42,801 bases of DNA, from positions 1-42,801 of IMG/VR virus record IMGVR_UViG_3300045988_010248; one strand, 5' to 3'. Position numbers and translations under genes: made by a program. This document shows, in pieces, positions 25,307 to 32,321 of this stretch (position 1 is the first letter of the stretch; each line of letters opens with the position of its first letter). The notes below the pieces were generated by a model, which did not search any database, was not told where the DNA came from, and saw only the letters and a list, made by a program, of their open reading frames with translations. Source of the DNA: a virus.

Positions 25307-25339
25307 CCCCTAGGGCTTTCTATTGCTTTCCTAGGGGCA
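25307..25339 (-). promoter_or_regulatory. Intergenic 9-bp-stem hairpin (GCCCCTAGG...CCTAGGGGC)
   Basis: Direct reading, between the GP88-like gene stop and the next RBS. There is no U-run after it on the minus strand. Confidence 0.45.
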
Positions 25340-25364
25340 TTCCTTTAGTTGTTTGTCGTGGTTT

Positions 25365-26129
25365 CTAGAGCTTAGCTAGGTTACTAGACTTTGCCCTATG
25401 AATCTGGATATCCTTTCGAGCTTTGCCCTTGTGGGCACCATGGATACCAAAGATAATTACAACCTTGCGATTCTTAACACAGAGTTGACAATGATTGCAG
25501 TCCATGCCTTCCTTGACTTGAGCAGGACACTGTGCACCATACAAGCCCACAGCCTTAAGCTCCTTTTCGGTTTCCTTAGGGTCAACAGAGGCAATGACTG
25601 CGTTTATACCTAAGGCTTTAGCATGCTTGACCTCCTCTACAGTCTCACACGAGGCGTTGATAAGAAAGCCCTTACAGGCCGCATCATGGATGATGTCCGA
25701 TGCGTGTAGGTCAATCATGCAGTGAGTAAAGGTGTAACCCTTGATGATCTCACCTACTACCTTGTTAGCCCCTTCAATGGCTCCTGCAATGGTGTCTACT
25801 CTGTTGACATCAATTAGGCTTGTGCCCTCGATTGCAATGTCTCCTGCCACATTGTGACGGAACAGGATAGAGTCACGAGTCGGGTTCTTACGGAGCTTGT
25901 TAAAGGCACCTTCAAGGAGGCCAATTTTCAGGTGTTCACCATTGATAACATAGCGAGCATCGTTTTTGTCTTCACAGCGATCCCACACCATCTTCGTGTG
26001 ACAGCCTTCGGCATAACACCCGTTGTTCTTAAAGACACAGGATTTGGGGCAGGTGCTACGAGAGCTGTAAGTCTGCATGATATCGCCCGTTTTCTTGTTG
26101 GAACTTGTGGGCAGAAAGATCATTTTCAT
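25365..26129 (-). CDS. Cys-rich early protein, GP88-like (function unknown)
   Basis: ATG at 26129 with an AAGGA RBS; the track ORF starts further upstream. The N-terminal TCPKSCVFKNNGCYAEGCH and C-terminal CPAQVKEGMDCNHCQLCVKNRKVVIIFGIHG resemble the remembered GP88 family pattern. Confidence 0.55.
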   Translation of the reverse strand: MKMIFLPTSSNKKTGDIMQTYSSRSTCPKSCVFKNNGCYAEGCHTKMVWDRCEDKNDARYVINGEHLKIGLLEGAFNKLRKNPTRDSILFRHNVAGDIAIEGTSLIDVNRVDTIAGAIEGANKVVGEIIKGYTFTHCMIDLHASDIIHDAACKGFLINASCETVEEVKHAKALGINAVIASVDPKETEKELKAVGLYGAQCPAQVKEGMDCNHCQLCVKNRKVVIIFGIHGAHKGKARKDIQIHRAKSSNLAKL

Positions 26130-26191
26130 GATGGGGATTCCTTTTGCTAGGTAGGTGTTACTGGGGCACCGATGGGCACCCCTTAGGGTTA

Positions 26192-26479
26192 CTAGGCGAG
26201 CCAGATACGGACGCACTCGGCATAGGTGCCTGTGATTTCGTCTTTGCAGAAGATCGGGTTAATCGTCCCATCTTCCTCTTCGTCTACGATTATAGCACGC
26301 CCGTCAACTACCGTTTCCGCAAACTGGGAGACGAGAGACGCCTCACCACAACTATCGGAATCCTCCGGATCAAGGATGCCAGTGTAGTCACCATTGATGA
26401 GGGCGGGCAGGCTCCACTCCGCCACCATGTAAGACGGACATGCGTCCATCATCTTGCGTACTTGTGCATTCATCTTCAA
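26192..26479 (-). CDS. Strongly acidic early protein
   Basis: 95 aa with 18 Asp/Glu against 6 Lys/Arg. It is the first sizeable gene downstream of the sigma70-type promoter. Confidence 0.55.
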   Translation of the reverse strand: MKMNAQVRKMMDACPSYMVAEWSLPALINGDYTGILDPEDSDSCGEASLVSQFAETVVDGRAIIVDEEEDGTINPIFCKDEITGTYAECVRIWLA

Positions 26480-26536
26480 TACTCCGTGTTGTGGAGGCTA
26501 GAGGGCTACTATGGGCACCCCCTAGCCCCTTATGGT

Positions 26537-26676
26537 TTAGCAGTTGGCAAGCTCCTTGTATTTCTGGGAAATCCCCTTAGTATCAATCATGTACACCCCG
26601 TAAAGCGTGGTGATCGTGTCACCACCGTTCTCTTTCCAGAGGGCAGGGAAACGATATTGTCAAAACGCATCATCAT
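26537..26676 (-). pseudogene. Small first early ORF, apparently frame-broken
   Basis: AAGGAGATAAATC-ATGATGATG opens a 29-codon frame ending at 26587. A second, protein-like frame (FPALWKENGGDTITTLYGVYMIDTKGISQKYKELANC) without a start codon continues to 26537. Confidence 0.3.
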
Positions 26677-26726
26677 GATTTATCTCCTTAAGAATATCGG
26701 ATCAATTCGTTCGATCCATGCCCTGA

Positions 26727-26755
26727 ACTATAAAGCACCCAAAGGCATCTGTCAA
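26727..26755 (-). promoter_or_regulatory. Host sigma70-type early promoter
   Basis: On the minus sense, TTGACA (26755-26750), a 17-nt spacer, then TATAGT (26732-26727). An A/T-rich stretch lies upstream. It sits about 45 nt ahead of the first early RBS. Confidence 0.55.
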
Positions 26756-26824
26756 GACCCATCGTGAAAAATACCGTAAACATGGTATCCCCTAGCCCTA
26801 GCATTCTTTATATAGGCAGAGAGC

Positions 26825-26880
26825 CACCACAGCTAGCACAGCTAGTTAACTAGCACAGCATCACCACAGCTAGCAATAGG
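26825..26880. repeat. Short-repeat array (caccacagctagc x2 plus cacag variants)
   Basis: Direct reading: caccacagctagc at 26825 and 26862, with gcacagctag and agcacagc between them. Confidence 0.8.
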
Positions 26881-27167
26881 CAGGGTTTGGGTGACGCCTA
26901 TACAGCATAGCGGTGTGATGAGGTGCACCACAGGGCAACCCACAGATCATATGCCATATGTCGACAAGTGCCCAAAGCGCCCCACAGTTAACCCAATGCA
27001 CCCCAAAGGCACCACCTTCGGCTCAAACCTTGCAACACGGCGGGAAATCGGCGGCTGTCGTTCAAACGCGATGCGTGAGGCGATCATGAGGTGCCCCCAC
27101 GGGGGTAACGCACGCGATCTTTTATTAATGTGAGGGTTCATAAATTTGCTCCATTTTTTCAATCGGG

Positions 27168-27232
27168 GTTATCCACAGGACACCACAGCTAGCCTAGCTA
27201 GCACAGGCTTATCCACAGGCTTATCCACAGGA
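27168..27232. repeat. Short-repeat array (ttatccacagg x3, caccacagctagc x1)
   Basis: ttatccacagg occurs at 27169, 27209 and 27221. The last two form a 12-bp tandem. caccacagctagc occurs at 27181. Confidence 0.85.
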
Positions 27233-27236
27233 ATCG

Positions 27237-27282
27237 AAAAAAAAGCCCTAGACAATCCACACTTAAGGGAGAGTCTAGGGCT
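27237..27282 (-). terminator. Intrinsic (rho-independent) terminator at the end of the late transcription unit
   Basis: On the minus sense, a 10-bp stem AGCCCTAGAC...GTCTAGGGCT is followed directly by eight T residues. Confidence 0.7.
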
Positions 27283-27520
27283 ATTACGTGACACACTATG
27301 GAAATCTTAAAGGGTAGAGTCAAAGACTCTATAAGGAACTCACAAGAGTCCTTAAGACAGCATCAATCATACTTAAGTCGCCATTCATCAATGACATGAT
27401 AAATAGGACAATGATGATGATTATCTTTATGGTGATAAACACCTTGCTAGTTGTACTAGCCTTGTTTTTAGTTCAATTCATCTATGTTCTTATTATTATA
27501 ATTGTTAATGATGTTCACCC

Positions 27521-27596
27521 CTATAAGGGATCTGTAGGACTCCTATAAGGGAACCCTAGGATCCCCATAAGGGAACTATAGTACACCTATAAGGGA
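27521..27596. repeat. Four copies of c(t/c)ataaggga phased exactly 22 bp apart
   Basis: Copies start at 27521, 27543, 27565 and 27587. The sequence between copies is not conserved. Confidence 0.85.
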
Positions 27597-27687
27597 CTAT
27601 AGTATACTGATACCTGATACCTTGATATATTGTCTTTAGAGGAGAGCTAGTGCATGAGCTACATACACCTATATATAACCTTTCTCA

Positions 27688-27712
27688 CCCCCTACTAGGA
27701 GAGTACACTAAT
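27688..27712 (-). promoter_or_regulatory. Degenerate phage-promoter-like sequence downstream of the terminase (phiOR-like position)
   Basis: Minus-sense ATTAGTGTAC-TCTC-CTAGTAGGGG matches both halves of the promoter consensus, but TCTC replaces the single G (a net 3-nt insertion). Confidence 0.3.
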
Positions 27713-27813
27713 TAAAAAAGTGGTATGTCGTCATTTAAAGGTACACTAATTACCCAAAGATTACCCCTAAATATAACTATAGGGTATTATTTAGGTATCA
27801 CTTATCAGTATTT

Positions 27814-28317
27814 CTACTTAAGTTTGTACCCTGAAGTCTCTCTTTTGATTCCTTTAGTAGTGTTTCTAGAGCCAGTCTTAGTGTCTTCAGTAACGATTAT
27901 TCCACCGGTACCTACACGGCTAGTAACGAATCCATAGAAAGACTCCATAGACTCCTCTAACCACTCTTCAGTAAGTTCCTCAATTCCAGTGTCTGCATCG
28001 ACACCCATGAAGTCCACAAGGTACTTAACTCCGATTGCCAGAGCATCCAGACGGTCATCATGAACAAGGGCACCCCTGTCAGTAGTGATACGAGTAAGCT
28101 GATAAAAGCAAGCATATTTGTAATCCGATTCAGGGACTGTAGAGAAGTCATTCCTGATACATTCAGGCGTGACACACATTTTATGGTTAGAGATTACAGG
28201 TTCAAGAGTGTCGATGATTCGGAGTTCTTTTTGCCCTGAGGATTTAACTTCAGTTAATCCACAGTTAGGGTAAGTTTTCTTCAATACTGGCTCAAAGAGC
28301 TTAAGGTACATACCATC
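27814..28317 (-). CDS. Large terminase subunit, exon 3 (C-terminal nuclease part)
   Basis: Begins DGMYLKLFEPVL. ...FYQLTRITTDRGALVHDDRLDALAIGV parallels the T7 gp19 C-terminal region. 504 nt including the stop. Confidence 0.9.
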   Translation of the reverse strand, partial: DGMYLKLFEPVLKKTYPNCGLTEVKSSGQKELRIIDTLEPVISNHKMCVTPECIRNDFSTVPESDYKYACFYQLTRITTDRGALVHDDRLDALAIGVKYLVDFMGVDADTGIEELTEEWLEESMESFYGFVTSRVGTGGIIVTEDTKTGSRNTTKGIKRETSGYKLK

Positions 28318-29033
28318 CATTATGTTTACACAAGTTCGTTACGCTTATGCCATGGGGCTACACATTGCTGTGTAGATCGGACTATATCTTAACAATAGCT
28401 AATCTTCCAACCTCTTCTACCACGAATACCTTTATAGAGGAGGTTTCTTATGTTAGCTCTAGCAAATCCTAGAGCTTCTGCACATTCTTGTATTGAGTTA
28501 AACCTAAACTGTCTGCCGTCAAGGTGTTCTGCCAAGACACCTTTAGCGTTGTGGGCTACCTTACCGTATGCGTGGTTATTTTCACCCCACTGGTTCTCAA
28601 CACCCATGCCGCCCTCTTGAAGATTATAGGTATCTTGTCTAGAGGCAAATTCTTTATCTACCAGCAAGGACTCTACTTCTCTAGCTTCTTCCCTGTTGGA
28701 TAGGACTAACAGAACCTCTCTTTTAAAGTTTTCTCTACCGTACTTCTTTATAGCAGACTTAAGCACCCAACCACTACCTAAATATCCATCGTAAATATTA
28801 TCCGTAGAGTGTAGCCCTACGTATATTTTACCATTTATTAGGTTTGTTGTTTTATAGATTATATGAAATTTGTATTCGTGCATATTATTGTTATTTTAGC
28901 TATTGTTCCCACTTTTTCAGACCACTTGGTCTTACAATTAGTCTCTACACCTTCCTATTTCTAGGCTTGGCTCGGTATTGTCCCTGAGGGAGTTTCACCG
29001 AATTTAATGGGTTTTGTTTCGGCAATATGGTTT
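28318..29033 (-). mobile_element. Group I intron 2 (td-like, IA2-type) in the terminase gene
   Basis: The 5' exon TTCGGT pairs with the internal guide GCCGAA (U.G at the splice site). The intron ends ...ACATAATG. The core blocks AAATTCGGTG, GACAATACCGAGCC and AAGATATAGTCCG are shared with intron 1. The ORF lies between the GAAAAAGTGGG and GATATAGTC elements (P8 loop). Confidence 0.8.
28389..28883 (-). CDS. Intron-encoded GIY-YIG homing endonuclease
   Basis: 164 aa. IIYKTTNLINGKIYVGLH...YLGSG...GRENFKREVL matches the GIY-YIG module. The C-terminal FNSIQECAEALGFARANIRNLL region is helix-turn-helix-like. Confidence 0.85.
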   Translation of the reverse strand: MHEYKFHIIYKTTNLINGKIYVGLHSTDNIYDGYLGSGWVLKSAIKKYGRENFKREVLLVLSNREEAREVESLLVDKEFASRQDTYNLQEGGMGVENQWGENNHAYGKVAHNAKGVLAEHLDGRQFRFNSIQECAEALGFARANIRNLLYKGIRGRRGWKISYC

Positions 29034-29825
29034 ACCGAAGTTTCCTTCAATGACTACTTCATTGACTTTGTACTTCTTAGCTACCTTAGCTAACTTATTG
29101 AGAACTACATCTGAATAACCTCCTAAAAGACCCCCTACTTCCATGACGTAGATATACCCATTTAGGTAGTACAAGACTGCATAACCCGACTCATCACGTC
29201 CACGGCCCGACGGGTCTATACATAGGATCTTATGGGCATAGGGAACAACCTCATTGGATGAGGCATGATAGTAGAAGTAAGAGTCTCCCTTAAGGCCCAT
29301 CGTAGGACACTCGTCAACTGGAACCCTCTTAGAAGGCTCAGGGAGCCACGTGAGCTTCATCGGAGCCTCGTCTAAGGGGAACATACCTACGATGAGGTCA
29401 CGAAGCCGCAGAGGGTATTTATCGGCGTCTGAGAGGGTCGTATCAAGCATGAACTGCAGAGCGAAGCCTGCCTTACGATAAGATAGTTCACGCTTCTGTA
29501 GATCATCTTCAGAGAACCTAAGGGGGTCTGTAGGTTTACCTGCCCAATGTTTAGGATCCTTGTCGTACTTGTCAGCAATGATAGGGGCCAATCTATCGCC
29601 ATAGGAGGCTCTATGAGAGTCATCATAGGGGTACCTAGCGGGATAGATTACAGCCGTGTATCCGCGCTCCTGTAGCTCGTTATAGAGACTCATTTCATTC
29701 TGAGGGGTTCCCAGATACAGGATCTTCTTACCTGCACCTGGCTTTAGGACAGCGTCGAGCTCCTTCACGAGCTCGAATAGCTGATCCCTGAGCACCTGAG
29801 TAAATGAATTAGATGGAACTTCCAC
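29034..29825 (-). CDS. Large terminase subunit, exon 2
   Basis: Begins VEVPSNSFTQ...ILYLGTPQNEMSLYNEL and ends ...VVIEGNFG. 792 nt (264 codons). It parallels the T7 gp19 central region. Confidence 0.9.
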
Positions 29826-30605
29826 CTTTATGTTAAGGCAAGGGCGTTAGCCTTACCCCATCGTCTTTTATTTGAGTCCACTGCGTTTTCAGTAGCAGTA
29901 ACAAACTTACAATGATCCCTAGAGTAGAGTCCACAGTTGCCCTTCTTGATGTCCTTATCAAGGTGCATGCTAGAGTCCTTTTCCCATTCTTCATAGCCTT
30001 CTACCTCGTGAATAGTATTCAAGAAGGTAGTAAAGTTATGCCACCTAGGATCTACCTTACAGCCTACATAGCTAGTTTTGTAGTTACCATAAGCTCTCTT
30101 AAGCATGTTAGCCCACAGGTCATAGATCTTGCGGATGATACTATTAGAGCCTCTAGCAGGGATTCTAATAGGAGACCCAAGGAACCCTACACCATAGACC
30201 GTAGGTTCCATAAAGTCTTCAAACTTACCTGCCTTAATGTTGCAGGTCTGAACATCAATGACTGTACCAGTCTTGACAAACTGAATGACAGCCCTAGGAT
30301 GCTTAACTTTACCATTAGGAAGTTTCTGCTTCTTAGTTCTAGACAGGATCTTGATAAGGCCCTTAGGAGTTTCGTAAGTTTTGTTAATTTCGTACATAGT
30401 TATGTTCCTTATAATTGACGATGCTTCATATCTCTATGAAGACCAGACTATATCTTATACCAAAAGGTATCCCCATTTTTCGAGTCACTTGACCCTACAT
30501 AATAGTCGTTACACCTGCTAAATAGCTCGGCTCGGTATTGTCTTTCCTAGTTAGGACTGAGTTCCACCGAATTTAAGGGGTTTAGAGACGACATGGTTAA
30601 AGTTT
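29826..30605 (-). mobile_element. Group I intron 1 (td-like, IA2-type) in the terminase gene
   Basis: The 5' exon AGACGAT pairs with the internal guide GTCGTCT (U.G at the splice site). The intron ends ...ACATAAAG. The complete core (…GTAGGGTCAAGTGACTCGAAA…AAGATATAGTCTG…) precedes the ORF, which fills the 3' (P9) region. Confidence 0.8.
29828..30397 (-). CDS. Intron-encoded putative homing endonuclease (not GIY-YIG; family uncertain, HNH-associated type suspected)
   Basis: 189 aa with an AAGGAA RBS. VYGVGFLG...YDLWANMLKRAY...LDKDIKKGN..YSRDHCKFVTATEN resembles patterns I recall in phage HNH-type endonucleases, but no clean HNH motif is visible. The stop lies 2 nt before the 3' splice site. 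Confidence 0.5.
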   Translation of the reverse strand: MYEINKTYETPKGLIKILSRTKKQKLPNGKVKHPRAVIQFVKTGTVIDVQTCNIKAGKFEDFMEPTVYGVGFLGSPIRIPARGSNSIIRKIYDLWANMLKRAYGNYKTSYVGCKVDPRWHNFTTFLNTIHEVEGYEEWEKDSSMHLDKDIKKGNCGLYSRDHCKFVTATENAVDSNKRRWGKANALALT

Positions 30606-31088
30606 ATCGTCTGCGACAATGATGTCTGCACGGGAACCCGTAAGCTGACCTTTGATACCCACAGACTTAACTGAAGGCGAATGGTCGGGTTTAGCAGGGC
30701 CAACATCAAAAAGGTTCTGAGTGTCTCTCTGACCTTCACGAGCCTTCAGGTGATCCAAGAAAGGGAGTTCATTAATGATCTTCTTAATGAAGGTAGCATT
30801 AGCGTCAGCTCTTTCCTTATTAGCTGAGACAACCATAATCTTAGTCTGAGGGTCTCTCCAAAGACACCAAACCACGTAGGCACACGTAATGAATGACTTA
30901 GCTACCCCTCGGAAACCCATAAGGATCATACGGTCATTAGGGGGATCTTGGAGTAGCTTTGCAATATCAGACTGCAACGGCGTAGGAGACGGAAGACCAA
31001 TTGCACGCCACACAAGAGCAGTAAAGAGAGGAAAGCTCTCAAAATAAGGTAAAAGAAGCTCTGCTTCCTTAGTTGATGCTTGAGCCAT
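30606..31088 (-). CDS. Large terminase subunit, exon 1 (ATPase N-terminus)
   Basis: ATG at 31088 after [53 protein letters not shown]...[25 protein letters not shown] parallels T7 gp19. 483 nt (161 codons). Confidence 0.9.
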
Positions 31089-31317
31089 AGTCCTCCTCAA
31101 ATCTCTGCTTAGTAGCCTTCAGGAGTCTGCTAAGGGCATTCTCGTCTCCATCACCTGCCTTAGGGATGCAGTTAATACCATTACGTTCAAGCTCCTTAAT
31201 GATGGCATTGTAGAGCTGTGGGGATCTCTTCTCAGGGTTGTTAAGGTCTTCAAGCATATTGTTAAGCAACTCATTCTGCAGGTTGCCCAAAAGTTCTTCA
31301 AGATCGTTGTAATTCAT
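31069..31317 (-). CDS. Small terminase subunit (T7 gp18-like)
   Basis: ATG at 31317 in an ATGA overlap with the holin stop. [19 protein letters not shown] parallels T7 gp18 ([18 protein letters not shown]). Confidence 0.8.
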   Translation of the reverse strand: MNYNDLEELLGNLQNELLNNMLEDLNNPEKRSPQLYNAIIKELERNGINCIPKAGDGDENALSRLLKATKQRFEEDYGSSIN

Positions 31318-31523
31318 TTCTTTCTCTTCTTCTCTAACCAAGGGTCTATCCAGTGTTTCTTAATCATTGTGCAAATACCTACGAAGGTATAGACAATAGT
31401 AACTATGTAGACCCAATCACTTAAGGGTAAACCTAGGAATGCCGCACTAGACACTGCTAATGATGGAGTGATTTGTGCGATATTCTCTAGGATGGTGTTC
31501 TGTTCATCAGCCACGCTGTTCAT
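31314..31523 (-). CDS. Holin (class II-like, T7 gp17.5 slot)
   Basis: 69 aa with two hydrophobic segments and a charged C-terminus ([15 protein letters not shown]), directly upstream of the terminase genes. Confidence 0.65.
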   Translation of the reverse strand: MNSVADEQNTILENIAQITPSLAVSSAAFLGLPLSDWVYIVTIVYTFVGICTMIKKHWIDPWLEKKRKK

Positions 31524-31921
31524 CAGCCACGCCTCATCAACCTCTCAAAGTTAGCCTTCTTAAAGTGATCACCCTTAAGGAGCTTACCATCTTCCCTATA
31601 GGTTGCACAGAAGTTACCTTCGTCATCCCACAGCTTGCTAGAATACTCCTTGATAAGCTCATTCATACCTACCTCAATGTCATAGCCACAGGCATTAGCA
31701 TACTGAACACAAACCCAAATGAGGTCGCAAAGTTCCTTAAAGTCCTCGTGGGTATTAGAATCCTCATCAAGGAGTTCATTGAACTCTTCACTGATGCACT
31801 TGCGATAAATAAGCTTAAGATCCGACTGGTCTCCCGAGTGGGTAATCTTGAACAAAACCTTCAGCTTCTCCTGAAGATCTCCAATAGACACGTTGGTTAC
31901 TCGATCCATAGTATTTTCCAT
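31523..31921 (-). CDS. MazG-like nucleotide pyrophosphohydrolase (putative)
   Basis: ATG at 31921 after AAAGGAAG. CISEEFNELLDE...FKELCDLIWVCVQYA fits the paired acidic-helix pattern of MazG-like proteins. It overlaps the nrdG 3' end by 107 nt. Confidence 0.6.
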   Translation of the reverse strand: MENTMDRVTNVSIGDLQEKLKVLFKITHSGDQSDLKLIYRKCISEEFNELLDEDSNTHEDFKELCDLIWVCVQYANACGYDIEVGMNELIKEYSSKLWDDEGNFCATYREDGKLLKGDHFKKANFERLMRRG

Positions 31922-32321
31922 TACATTTCTTCCTTTCAATAAACGGTTCTGTGATCAGCACATCCACATACTTAAGGAGTGCTAGATCTTTAATTTGTTC
32001 GTACTTTCTACCTGTCCACAACCAAATGGTCTTGGTAGGACACAACTGCTTCACCAGAGCTACTATATAGCTCACTGTGGGAATGTTATATGCCTCCAAG
32101 GGGTCACCCCCAAGGATACTCAGTCCATTGATCCACGGGCTTCTGAGAGCCTCCAAGAGGGTATCCATAGTCTCCTCAGTGAACTCCTTACCATAGTTCT
32201 TATCCCAAGCATCCTTGTTGAAACACCCCTTGCAATGGAGAGAGCATCCTGAGACAAACAAGGATACTCTCAGTCCATCACCATTAGTTGAATCACAGGT
32301 ATTCAAACCTGAATAATTCAT
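31815..32321 (-). CDS. nrdG: Anaerobic ribonucleotide reductase activating protein (radical SAM)
   Basis: 168 aa. The cluster CSLHCKGCFN (CxxxCxxC) follows DSTNGDGLRVSLFVSGC. Confidence 0.9.
   Translation of the reverse strand: MNYSGLNTCDSTNGDGLRVSLFVSGCSLHCKGCFNKDAWDKNYGKEFTEETMDTLLEALRSPWINGLSILGGDPLEAYNIPTVSYIVALVKQLCPTKTIWLWTGRKYEQIKDLALLKYVDVLITEPFIERKKCNGKYYGSSNQRVYWRSSGEAEGFVQDYPLGRPVGS

Noticed and set aside
26891-27162. ORFs 26891..27133 (+) and 26947..27162 (-) in the GC-rich junction region.
   Set aside because: Neither has an RBS. They overlap each other on opposite strands, lie in a repeat-laden non-coding region between the late terminator and the early promoter, and have Arg/Pro/Gly-rich translations expected from GC-rich non-coding DNA.
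27289-27325. TTGACT-17 nt-CATAGT sigma70-like promoter on the minus strand at about 27289-27317.
   Set aside because: It would fire directly into the strong terminator 10-40 nt downstream, and its -10 element is weak. It is probably a chance match.
27350-27470. Possible ~38-aa hydrophobic ORF (GTG start) or 22-aa ORF between the phased repeats and the terminator (T7 gene 19.5-like position).
   Set aside because: There is no ATG with an RBS, it is very short, and the sequence is low-complexity Ile-rich. I cannot support it from sequence alone.
26825-27596. Short-repeat arrays as a CRISPR array.
   Set aside because: The repeat units are only 10-13 bp, irregularly spaced or lacking unique spacers of uniform length. 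No cas genes are present. The layout fits phage terminal-region repeats instead.
28318-30605. Inteins, or free-standing endonuclease insertions giving a three-polypeptide terminase, as an alternative to introns.
   Set aside because: The inserts contain in-frame stops right after each exon, so they are not inteins. Exons 2 and 3 lack RBSs or proper starts. Both inserts have P1 guide pairing, a terminal G and a td-like conserved core.
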